Assembly: GCA_000697335.1 (NCBI GenBank)
Contig: JNEM01010838.1
Span: 1 to 33,165, forward strand
DNA length: 33,165 nucleotides
Source of the DNA: Conidiobolus incongruus B7586
Lineage: Eukaryota
Reading direction: 5' to 3'
Shown: in pieces, positions 1-11,968 of the stretch
How positions within the stretch are numbered: the stretch's first letter is position 1
How the letters are laid out: every line of letters starts with the position of its first letter
Program-made: the position numbers and the translations under genes
The notes under the pieces: generated by a model
What the model was told of the DNA's origin: nothing
Databases searched by the model: none
The model's input: only the letters and a program-made list of their open reading frames with translations

Positions 1-656
1 AAATATTTTATAAAAGAATATAACCATAATTAGTTAAAATAGTTTATATAGAATTCTTTATTTTTATATATATTTAAATTAATTTTATTTATCTAAAACT
101 ATTTTAATTTTTTTGACCTTTTTCAAATTATGATATATCATTTTAAGTTATTATTATTTAAATAGAGTTTAGGCTCTAATAATATTTATTTAATTATATA
201 GTCAATTGATAATTATTTTGATAGTTTTTTTTATATATAAATTATATATTTTTTCCATATATTCTTTTACTCTTTTAATAAATAAATAATAATGATAAAA
301 ATCAATATTTTGAATATTTTTAATATTAAATAATAGAACTTTAATTTAAAATTGAAAATTTAATAATAAATAGTATTTTTATTTTAAATATTTTTTCTTA
401 TAATTTTAAATTCCAAAATAACTTTACATTAGCCTATAAAAGTGAGTTATAAAATTAAAAATATATATATTTCTATTAATATCTTAATCAATACTAATTT
501 AAATAAACTTATATTAAACTATATAATTAATATATATTTTTTATTTATAATATAATATATATAGTTAAATTTAATTAATTATTAATTGATATATTAACAC
601 TAAAAGTATATTTAAGATGAATCATAAATTTGTGGGTTTTAGTATTGATAGAAAAA

Positions 657-1673
657 TTAATATCTAGTATATTTATCTTTTACTTTTCTAACTTCTTTAA
701 GTTTATAAGGTATAGAGTCAACTAGCTTCTTATATTAAATAAGACTAATATTATTTTAAGTTTCTTCAATATACTTTTAAAGTTGATTTAAATTTTTTGT
801 TGGAGGGAAAGCTTTAATTGATTTTTTTAGTTGATCCCAAAGATATTTAATTAGGTTAAGATTAAAAAATTAAAGAGGTTATTTCATAATAGTTATTTTA
901 TTATTTTTAAACCATTTAATAATAGAATTTATAATATAACAAGGTATATTATTTTATTAGAAAATAATATTTGATTTTTTTAATCTATACCACTTAATAG
1001 TTTTTTTCAATTTATTGTTTAGAATACTTTAGTATATTTCAACATTAATTCCCCTATCAACCTTATAAAGATATTTTATACCTAAAGATAACATATATCC
1101 CCAAACTATAATTAACCTACTATTGTATTTTTAGGTTATAATAACATAATAGTTATAAAGTAATTCTTTATCTTTTTTAAAACATCTAACTTTTTTATTA
1201 AATTTATTAAAATATATCTTTGTTTCATTAAACTAAATAACCTTACTCTAGTTAATTTTAGTTTAACTTTAGTGTTGACATTTAAACTCCTGCTTAACCC
1301 TACAATAAGATTTCTTTAGTTGGGGGTGTTTTTTCTTAAAGTGTAAGTGGTATCTATTCTAATGTAAAGCATGTATAATAGTATTAGTACTAACTAATAT
1401 TCTTATATAGTCTTGTAATTTTTGTTACACTTCTATAGTAGTATTATATTTACCTATATTAACTAATCTATAAATATATTTTTTATTATATTTATCTATA
1501 ATCTTAAAATGCTTAAGTTTTAGTTTAGGTGTTTTTTTAACATTTTTCTTAATAACCTTAACTATAATAGATTAGCTAACACTAGTAATTCTAGCAATCT
1601 CACAAGTTGATTTATATTTATTATAAAGTTGATTAATATATAAGTGAACTTTTTTAGAGAAAGATTTAAACAT
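657..1673 (-). mobile_element. Degenerate Tc1/mariner (DD34E) transposase, 339 codons in one frame with many premature stops
   Basis: Manual translation from ATG at 1673 to TAA at 657. HTH-like 'STCEIARITSVS*S'; 'KVI*FNETK' (=VIWSDETK); 'KYNSRLIIVWGYM' (=KHGGGSxMVWGCM); 'F**NNIPCY' (=FQQDNAPCH); '*PL*FFNLNLIKYLW' (=WPPQSPDLNPIEHLW); C-terminus 'KLVDSIP..LKEVRKVKDKYTRY*'. 34 residues lie between the second D position (953-951) and the E position (848-846). TIRs not identified. Confidence 0.92.
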
Positions 1674-4600
1674 TATAATATTAATTTTAAAATATTAACT
1701 TAATAATTTTATAATATATATAATACAACAAAAGAAAAAGAAGATATATATAAGTTTTATTATTTATACCCCTTTAACTTATAAACCTGTAAATTTATAA
1801 CTCATCTTAGTTAAATTTTAAGTTTTGATATATTAACCAATAGCTAATATAATATAATCAAATATAGTTAGTTATAATCAATTAATATAGGTAAATTATA
1901 TATTTTAACTTAAATTTATTTAATTAGGAATTGTTTAAGATATAAGTAAATATTTAAGTAATTTTGATTTTATGACTTACTTTTGCAAGCTAGTGTATAT
2001 TGTTCATAGTTGTGTTTTGAGATTATTATAATAAAAATTTTTTAATTTTTATTATTTAAATATAATTGAGTATTATAATAATTTTTTATAAAGATATATT
2101 ATAACAAAATATTATAATTTTAATAATCAATATAGTTAATTATTATATATTTTCCTTAATATTTTATATATCATATAATTATTAAAATTACCATAACTTC
2201 AATAATTAAATTTTTTATAATAAGAAATCTTTTATGGTTTTTTAAAATGAAATTTATATTTACCCTTTATAATGAATAAATAAGAATATATCTTATTCAG
2301 GACCAATATATAATTAGGGTTATAAAATACTTTCCCAAGATAATATATTTTTAATTATTAGAATAATTTTTTTTCATATTTACTTTGATATTTTTTCTGA
2401 ATAATAATAAATTATTATAATTTATCTTTATAAAATGACCATTTTTATTTCAATCCATATAATTATTAATATATCAATTAATATTAATTATTTGATATGA
2501 TATAAATTTTAATAAAATTCAAATAACATAATCTAATTAAATTAATTTTAATTGGAATAAATAATAAAAAAAATCTTAAAATTTAATTGAGAATTCTTAA
2601 TTTGATTTTATAATCAAGGTTTTTGCTAAAATTTTGCAAAAGACCTTTTATAATATGATTGATAATAATAAGATTTACTTTGGTAATATTACCAACTACC
2701 TATATCATTATAACCTAATCTAACAATTTTAACTTATCCCACGATCACTAAGTTATTTGTCATTGTGTTGTGTTTTATATTAAGTTTTATAAATAAAGAT
2801 GGTAGTTAGAAAAGTACTCAAAATATGATTTAGTAAATTATTTATTAATCCTGCTCTTTAACGTATCGGGACTGTAGGTTTAAATAATTGAATCAATGAA
2901 TGATATGCGATTTGGATAAAATCCAATAAAGAAAATAAAGAGAACAGAGAGTATCCTTCAATTATAGACTGACAAAGCCAGCTTAAAATAGAAATAATAT
3001 TGGTTTAGCTATCAAACTGGAAGAGATGATTAATTTTGAAATACAACAATTGCTTAAGTACACTATCATTTAGAAAACTTAAAACTGGATAAAAAGGCCA
3101 AGGCTTCAAATATAAGTATATATAATAATTGTTCAATTAAACATAGAATAAAACATAAAGTTAGAATTTAACTTTTTTTATTTTTTATCAACTCTTATCA
3201 TAATAAGCTAATGATTTGTATTTACCAAAAAACTTAATATATAGCAATCAGTAATATTAGATTAAGCTTAAATATTATAGTTTTGTTATTAGTTTATAAA
3301 AAATATTATTAAAATAAAATATCTCTAATCAAATCTTGTTTTATCAAAAATTTAAATTAATGAATTATTTTTTAAATTTAATTTATTAATTTTTCAGTTT
3401 AATCCCAAAATTATAATAATAAAATTTAATTAAAATATAAATATAACTAAATAAAATAAATAATATAATAAAAATATATTAATTTTTTTAAATAAAGCTT
3501 CAAAAAAATTAAAAAAAATAATATTATTTGATTAGATTAGATTGATAATAAGAGTAAATATCAAATTATTAAATGACAAAGAAAAAGATCCAATTATTAA
3601 AAATTATTAATATATTAATATTATTATTTATTATTTTACATGGCAGATTAACTAGTGCTATATTTGATATTAATGGTCGATAATAGAGTGTTAAAAGGTT
3701 AATTGAATCAAGATTACTTAAATATTATTACTATATTAAAATTGGTTATTTTATTTAGCAATAAATGGAAAAACAGTAAATTTCTTATTTTTTGATTTTT
3801 TAAATATATTGTAAGTCTTAAAAGTTATATTATAAAAAAATATATAGAAGAGTTAATAACATGTATATATATTTATATATGATGATTTTGCATAAAGATA
3901 TTTTTATTTTAAAAATAATAAATGATTATCAATGATTTTCTTTATTGGAATCACTAAAACAACTATAAACCTTTCAAAATAATTCCAGAAATTTAAAAAC
4001 TTATTTTTGAAAGTATAAATTCTAGTTATTATTTATTATGGAGTCTGTCTTTGTAAAGCTAAAAGCTTTATTTTTAAAATTCATAAAATCGTAAAATTAA
4101 TTTATTTATTAAATAAAATATTAAAATATAAAAGAATTAAATCAGAAAATATATATTTCTTTTATCTTGAGAAAATTCAAAATAGTTTAATATTAATAAC
4201 ATAAGTATATTATAGTATTAAAGTTTAAATCTAGTTTGATTAATCAAAGTATAATATCAATATCTAACAATTTAATTGAAGTTAACAAAGAACTAGAATA
4301 TCTATAGACATACATAACTTACTATGGTATAACGAAAAACTAAGATTCTTTCACCAAATTATTATAGTTAATAAATTTTATATTGTTTATATAACTTTTT
4401 ACCAAAATTCATGCCAAAATATTAGTTAAGCTAAAATAATTCATTTCAACTATGTTTAATGAATAAATACTTTGTTTATAAAAAAATATAATTAATTATA
4501 ATTAAATAAAGAGATATATAACTTTTTGTTTAATTCTTCACAGTAAATTAATTAATATTAAATTATATATCTTTTTTCAAATGAAATAATTCTTGATTAG

Positions 4601-5134
4601 TATTTTAATCTGTAAATTAAAAATATTCTTTAAATTTATATAATAAATATAAAATAAATTAATATAAAACTAAAAGTAGTTTTTATATAAAAAAATTCAA
4701 AAGAATTATAATAAATAATATGCACACCAGATTAATTCAAAGTGATTATAATTATTTTACCTAATCAAAAGTTTTAGTTGTGAAAAAGAAAGATCCTGTA
4801 AATAAATTTAATTGGTTTATAAAATACCAAATTTTAGACTTTAATAAAAAACTGCTTTTTAAGTGTTGAAAGCTAGTTAAAAATAAAGCAAATAGTTATT
4901 AATAATAAAAGAGTATTTAAATTACATTATTTATTTTATTTATATATCATTTATTAAAGGATTATATTTTGATGTCAAAATTTTGCCATTATTTAATTTT
5001 TATACTCATTATTATTAATAAATTTGGTGTTATTAAGAAACCTTATCTATTATTGGTTTTATTATATAAATTAAGATGAACATTGATATTTGCATACTCT
5101 CACAGTTTGTTTTATACCATATTAATTGAAATCA

Positions 5135-6030
5135 AACCAATTATAGCTAAATGGTCATTACTCACTAACGATATCATTGCTGGACTGATCTCCAAAAAGA
5201 TAGTGTTGGTGGAAACTCCCAAGCAGAAATCATTTGTATCACTTTGGAGTTTGAGGATTGCTGTCCATAGGAAAATTTCTTGAAAGTGACGTTTGGAACT
5301 CAATTGATTTTTTCGACGTTTGTTGCACAGCTGTTCTATTCATTAATTTATAACCCATTGTGTTTGCCAGTCTCCGACCTTAGAAATCTCAAGGCTAGAG
5401 TTCCACTAGGTCCTTTATAGTCGCTTTTGACTAAAAGAGATAAAGTGATTTTATCCTACAATATTTGAAATAGTATCAAATAATCAATCAAATTAAAAAT
5501 TTGATAATCTACTGTATTCTAAAATTCGAAAATAACGATATACATATCTCATCAACTTTTTATCTAGTTCCTATAGCCATTCTAATCATATATCGTGTTT
5601 ACAAATATATTTAATAAAGAATCACATTTCACGAGAGAGGATTTTGGTTACTTCGCTTTATCATTATTAACCATCTTAATTTTAAAATCCCATGCAGTTT
5701 ATTATAAGGTATACAACTAAACACTATATTCTAAATTATAAACTAACTAATTTTTAGACCCCTGTCAATCCTTACATCAAAACTGTTTAATGTAGGGCAA
5801 AAATGCAGTGTGATTTTAAGTACTGCAATGCTACTGACTTATCAAGTGTGTAAGACCCCATGGATGTATTCAACACAAGAAACTCTCAATCCAACGTGAT
5901 ACCTGGCGCCTATTCAAGGGTTTGTGACTGAGTTTGTAACCAGTTGCGACCAGCCCGATACCAAATTAATCTAATTAGTTCCATTTTAGGTATGACAACT
6001 GCTTCATCACTATTCGAGAATAATAAGACG
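5135..6030 (+). pseudogene. Degraded coding sequence of unknown family, copy A (paralog of 7029-7930); ends approximate
   Basis: Translated blocks align colinearly with copy B: AKWSLLTNDIIAGLISKKI, IICITLEF, FVAQLFYSLIYNPLCLP, KLFNVGQKCSVILSTAMLLTYQVCKTPWM, YLAPIQGFVTEFVT, TTASSLF. Several stops and frameshifts. Confidence 0.75.
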
Positions 6031-7028
6031 AAAGAAAATCCTATTTAGAGTACCTTTATTTCGGCCAATTTCTTATAAGGTTTGCTATACAGCATTACTA
6101 GTATGCTTAATTTTATTTTAATATTAATTAAAATTGTTTAGACTTTGATGAGACACGATTAGGGATGTAAAATTTTAGTATGTTGATTAAAATGAAATTC
6201 TTTTATGAAGAATAGAATTTTTACAACCTTAATTTGATTAAATTAATATTGATAAAAAAAATTATAATAAAATATATAAAAATTAAATTAATTAAAATTA
6301 TAATTAATAATAAATTATATTTATTTCTAATTTAAAATTTTTTTTAAAATATTTTTATTAAATTGAATAATTATTTATAATTGGCTTCTAGATTTAATGA
6401 TTAAAATTAGTAAAAATAAAAAAGGATTATGACTTTATTAAGTATGGCTACAAGTGTTATAAGATTATTCATTTGATTAATTTATCTTTTAAAAAGGAAT
6501 TTTTTTTAAAAAAATAATAAATATTCATACTGAAAATAAGTAAAATCAATATTAATTTTGATTGAACTAATATAAAATATGTTCGAAAGATAATTATTCA
6601 TATCACCTTTTCGTTACATTATTTTGTTTAGTTTTTTTCAAAGAATAAATACTACACAGGTTGAAAATTTAAATGTGTATTGGAATAGTTTGATTAATAA
6701 AAAGTTATAGCAAACTATTAAATAGAGAGTATATTAACTCGTTATTAGTGGTTGCTAATCGAAGTACATTCAATGATTTTGACTAATGAAAAATTCTGAA
6801 ATATTATAAAATTTAATAATTTAAGATGTAGTATGCTATGAATTTTTATGGCTTCAATTATTGATATTCTTAAAAATAATTAGTTTTACCACAAATTATT
6901 CACTTAAATTGTCTATAATTAATAAATATAGAATTATCAATAATTTATTACTTTGATCTGTTTTAATAGATAAAAAAGGTTATCTATATATTTTACACAT
7001 AAACATCCATTCTTATTTATTATATTGA

Positions 7029-7930
7029 GCCAAATTCTACCAATCTACACCTGATGATGTTAAATTAAATATGATACAAAAGCAAATTTGATCTCTGTTC
7101 TTACAGTGATGCTAGGTACCCCTCCCCGATTCAGCAGTCATTTGTATCACGCTTGAGTTCAAGCAAATCTATAGAAGCATTATTTGTAATATACTTCATA
7201 AAAGTATCCTGAGAATGCCTTATGGATATAAACATATTTACTCATCATTTGCTGCCCAATTATTTTTTTTCTTTGATTTACCATCCTCTATGTTTGCCGC
7301 CTGGCAGAGTTAAAACCTAAATACGAGAATATCCTTAGGACTTCCTCAACCTTCCATCACAAGTAGAAATGAATATAATATTGGTTCACCATTATTTGAG
7401 GCTGTAACTAGTTATCAATATGAATCACTGTCAAAATTAACGATAACTCAAATCCGCATTCTTTATACTATCTTAAATTTGGTTAATATTTTCATTTTAA
7501 AAAAAGAATTTTGCTTAAAACATTCAACTAACACAAGTCTTCATTTTTTGAGAAAAAAATTATATTATTTACTAACACTACTTGTAATGTCCACTCCGAT
7601 TTTTCTATCACAAGCTATTTGTTAAAAAGTAAATAGATAATAATATTCAATATGACTTATTTTTAGATATGTTCAAACAATTAACAGCAAGCTATTAAGT
7701 ATTGGCCAAACCTGTTTCCTAATATTTAGTACATCAATTTTACTGAATAACCAAGTATACAAATATTCATGGATGTAATTACCTCAGCACAAACTCAATC
7801 TCATGAGATATTTGACATTTGCACAAGGATTCATCACCTCTTGTGTGACTAACTTCATTGTACGAATTAAAAAATATTAAGCTCCTTTAATTTTACTGCT
7901 GATCCAACAACTGAAGCTTCTTTGTTTCAA
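7029..7930 (+). pseudogene. Degraded coding sequence of unknown family, copy B (paralog of 5135-6030); ends approximate
   Basis: Blocks AKFYQSTPDDVKLNMIQKQI, VICITLEF, FAAQLFFSLIYHPLCLP (one extra T in the run at 7263-7270), KLLSIGQTCFLIFSTSILLNNQVYKYSWM, YLTFAQGFITSCVT, TTEASLF lie at a near-constant ~1.9 kb offset from copy A. Confidence 0.75.
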
Positions 7931-10900
7931 GTATTAAATAGAAAGGGATTTGTGACTGATATCTATCTTTTCCATTTAATTAGTAATAATTTGTGCTTTG
8001 GAAGCAGATTAATAGATTTTTAATATCTTTGCATTTTTACAGATTAATGATTAATTGATAAATATTAAGGTTTTTATGAGATAAAATCCAAGTATTTTAA
8101 ATTTTATTGATCGCGCAGGTTTACAATACTTTTTGAAAGATCATTTATTGAAGTATACTCTTTATTAATTAAGACTTATAATAGAATAAGTTAAAATATG
8201 CTATACCCGAAAGTAAATAATTATATATATATATTTCAATAACAATTTTAAATAATTTTGAAAATTAAAATCTTTCTTATATTTTTCACAAATGAAATAT
8301 TAATACTTCAAGGTATTTATCAAAGTATATAACCAACTTGGATAATTATAATGATACTTTAATATTTGATTGATAATTTATTTAAACAATATCCTCATAT
8401 TTATGGGCTGTTTTATAACTATTTAAATTTAATTATATTCAAGTTTTAAATTTATTCTATAAATACCAATTTTGATATTTAAATATATATTTAAAATACA
8501 TTGGTAACTATAAAGACATTTAATTAATTATTAAAATATTATTAACTATAAAATTATTGGAATTAAGTAAGTGCCTTGTGATTTAAATTTATTTATTAGA
8601 AATGATTGTGTGATATTATTCTTAAAATGTTGATAATTATATTTAAATAATTTCATTTGCAATTATTTTTGTTCATTTATTATATTCTTTGTATCAAATA
8701 CTTAGTGAAAGTTAATGATTTTGAAAATTTAAATTATCTAAAATTATTTTATTTATATATTATATTGTGTGCTTCTTGTAAACTATATATATCAATATTA
8801 TAATTTGGTGATAATTTTTCTAGATAATATATTGAAGGGAGAGCAAACTACTATATTTTATATCATTTTCAAACTGAAAAACATTTAATCATTCACATGA
8901 ATTTTAGAAAATTTAAAATATCAGAATTAATCTCATTATAATTTTTAGAAATAAAATAAATTCAGAGATAATATACATAAATATGTATATTTTTCAATAC
9001 AAGCAGTTAAATTTGTATTAATAAAAATTATTTATAATTAAATTATATTTTATATTTAAAAGTGAAACCTCTTAATAGATTTTAATTATGAGATTTAAAA
9101 ATTTAAGAGCTTAAAATATAATTGTTATAGAATTAAACTTTTAAACTGAATATCTATTTAGATTGTGAAGTTATTTCATGCTAAAGAGTTGTATCTTAAT
9201 AATGGTAATATTAATACTTTAAAATCTTTATCAAACATTTTTACATGAATTATATATATTAATCATTGAGTGTATATTATAACTTGAATAGTAATAAAAA
9301 TACAATATTTATTTCAATTAACTGTATTTCCTGATAATCAAGTATTAAACGATACAAAATAGATTCATATATAATAATCACATATTAAATCACAATTAGT
9401 ATTTAATCAGTATCATTGTAAATTTAAAAACACATTAAAAATAATGAATATTTTAATTATATATATCTAATAAATTTTGATTGAAGGTTATTGATTATGC
9501 CCAAATCAAAAAATATTAAAGATTAAATTATATTCTCCTTTTCTTAGAAATTTTCTATTCTTAAGGGGTATTATTTCATTTGGACATAACTACTGCTCAT
9601 ATCTTTTACTCGTAATTCAACTATTCAAAATACCTTAATAATAGATAAGTTGATATTAAATTTACAAACACTATAATCATATTTACTCCTTTTCAAGAGG
9701 GTGAGTATATTTGATATTTGATATACCCAAAATTTACAAATAGTCGCTAAATACTGGAAATAAACTTGTCCGAGAACTGTTAAAGCATCATACTTTATAC
9801 CTTTGAGAAAAAGGGTTATTATTATATAAATAATAAATCCTAATATTGTATAACTGTCAATAGCCTTTATTGAGTTTAATAATTTATTTTGCATTTGAAT
9901 TTAGCGAATTTTTATATGAATTACATAGTAATCAAGGAAGAACAGTTTATGTTTGCACTAAATTCTGATATTATATTTTTATTTTTTTTTGAAATATTCG
10001 TAAAAAATTGGTAAATATAATGTTCTTTTAACTTGCATAATCATTCAAATAAGGAAAAATATTTTTCATTGTATTAGTAAATATAATATTGGATATTACC
10101 AAATTAGGGAAATTAACTAACAAATAATAAACTTAATATTTTAATACAACAAAAGAAAATTATAATTATACTATTACCATAATTAGATATATTCACAATC
10201 CACAACATTTCATAATAGCATTTTCCTGAATTTCGCAAATAATCTAAACAGCTCTTCATTAACCATTGATTCGAATAATTATTTTAAACAAAATTTATGT
10301 ATTGATTTAAACAATATTAATATAATTATTTATAATTTGATAATAATGAAAAAGGGTATACTGAATTTGATTTCACTAAAATAGCCAAATTTTTCACCTA
10401 CTTACTATTATGCTCAGATAATTTCACAATATATATTCAATGATTAAAATAATATATTTATAAAATAACTTCCTAGTTATGGAATTATTTTTCGTCCGAA
10501 AGCCGTTACAGCATGATACTTTAACATTCTCTCCATCAGATGCGATATTAAAGTAAATAAACTTACAATCTTTGATAAAAATAAACAAATTGAAGTTTCA
10601 CATGAATTGGATTAAATCTGTGTAAATTATTTAGATTTGCGTAATTTTATTTGATAAAAATAACTTGAAATTGTCAAACTTTTTGGGAATATTGAGATGT
10701 TATTTTATCATCATGGAACTTTATTTGGAATTCAATAACTGAATAATATACTTAGAATTATAATCTACCCTATTAATATATGTTATGGTGTTTAAAAAAC
10801 AAATATATGAAAATCAATTATATATATATACGTATTAATATAATCAAAGTTGAATTTTAATGTCTTTTAATTTTGTTATTGTTACTCAAAATCATCAACA

Positions 10901-11779
10901 TATACACAATTTACTTGATAACCAAATTTATTAAAATATTAATTAGGAATACAATTAAGTTCTAAATATAATTTTTTCTATTTTTAAATAAAAAAATTTG
11001 TCACATTTTGAAATTAAAACATTATCGATCATGTTAACAATTTTAAACTATGAGGATAAGATCACAATACTTGATATTTATTTTGGATATTTTCATTAGC
11101 AATTGGGCAGTTTTATTCAAATAATAAGAATATTTGATTTTGTTAAACATTTAATACCTTGTCAATGATATATTATACTTGTGCTATAAAATGATTTTAA
11201 TGATAAGATACTTATAAACAATATCTATTTATCATCAATAAATATTGCCATTAATGTTATGCCTATTTACCAAATAAATTAAACATATATGCTAGAAACC
11301 TCCTTGAATTTTTATATCGCTGGAACTAACTAATATATATATAAATCTAAATTCGCTATTTTAATAATAAAAATAATTTATATCTATTAAGGTATTATTC
11401 CTTAAATTACTCCCAATTAATGAAATCAAATAAGATTCTGAAATAAATAAAATATCAGATAGCTAAAAATTAAACGATATTAAATCACTCAAACTTAAAA
11501 TGATATAATAATATACACTATAACAACTAGCAAAGTATGTCTTATAATTTATAGTAGGATTGTAACAAATACAATATTCACTTAACCTAATAATAATTAA
11601 ATATGATGTAGTAATTTAGTGTAACATTAAATTTTTTTAATGTTACAAATTTTCCTCGTTCCAAATAATTTCTTGTTTACTGAAATTTCTGAACAATTTG
11701 TAAAATTTAAATCAAATCACATTACACACTAAATTTCAATTTTGGTATATTTGGTTTTAAAATTTGAAAATTGGTAGAG

Positions 11780-11787
11780 TATATAAA
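11780..11787 (+). promoter_or_regulatory. Possible TATA box of the chitinase gene
   Basis: TATATAAA in locally G/C-containing context ~185 nt upstream of the ATG. Weak evidence in so AT-rich a sequence. Confidence 0.3.
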
Positions 11788-11968
11788 CCTAGCTGCTAAT
11801 GGTTCATAGTATTTCATATACTATTTTAATTTGATTTCTATTTGTTAATTGTAGAAATACATATTAGCTCTTTTTTATTTATTTCATTCTATTCATTCTA
11901 TTCAGCACATATTTTTGTGTATAGATTAATTTTATTTATTCATTGATCTAGAATTTGTAAAATTAAAA

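Noticed and set aside
2730..2755. Minus-strand 'LSDRG' resembling an LTR-retrotransposon integrase motif
   Set aside because: Flanked by stops; no other integrase motifs at the expected spacing.
5083..5303. ORF-track entries 5083-5283 (+) and 5112-5303 (-) as genes
   Set aside because: The + ORF is partly a fragment of pseudogene copy A running out of frame; the - ORF is its antisense shadow.
7205..7255. 'LRMPYGYKHIYSSF' resembling the reverse transcriptase MPFGL motif
   Set aside because: No YxDD follows, and the paralogous copy does not conserve the RT pattern.
9625..9894. 89-aa minus-strand ORF
   Set aside because: AT-biased I/L/F/Y/K composition and no recognisable motif; probably spurious, though a decayed gene cannot be excluded.
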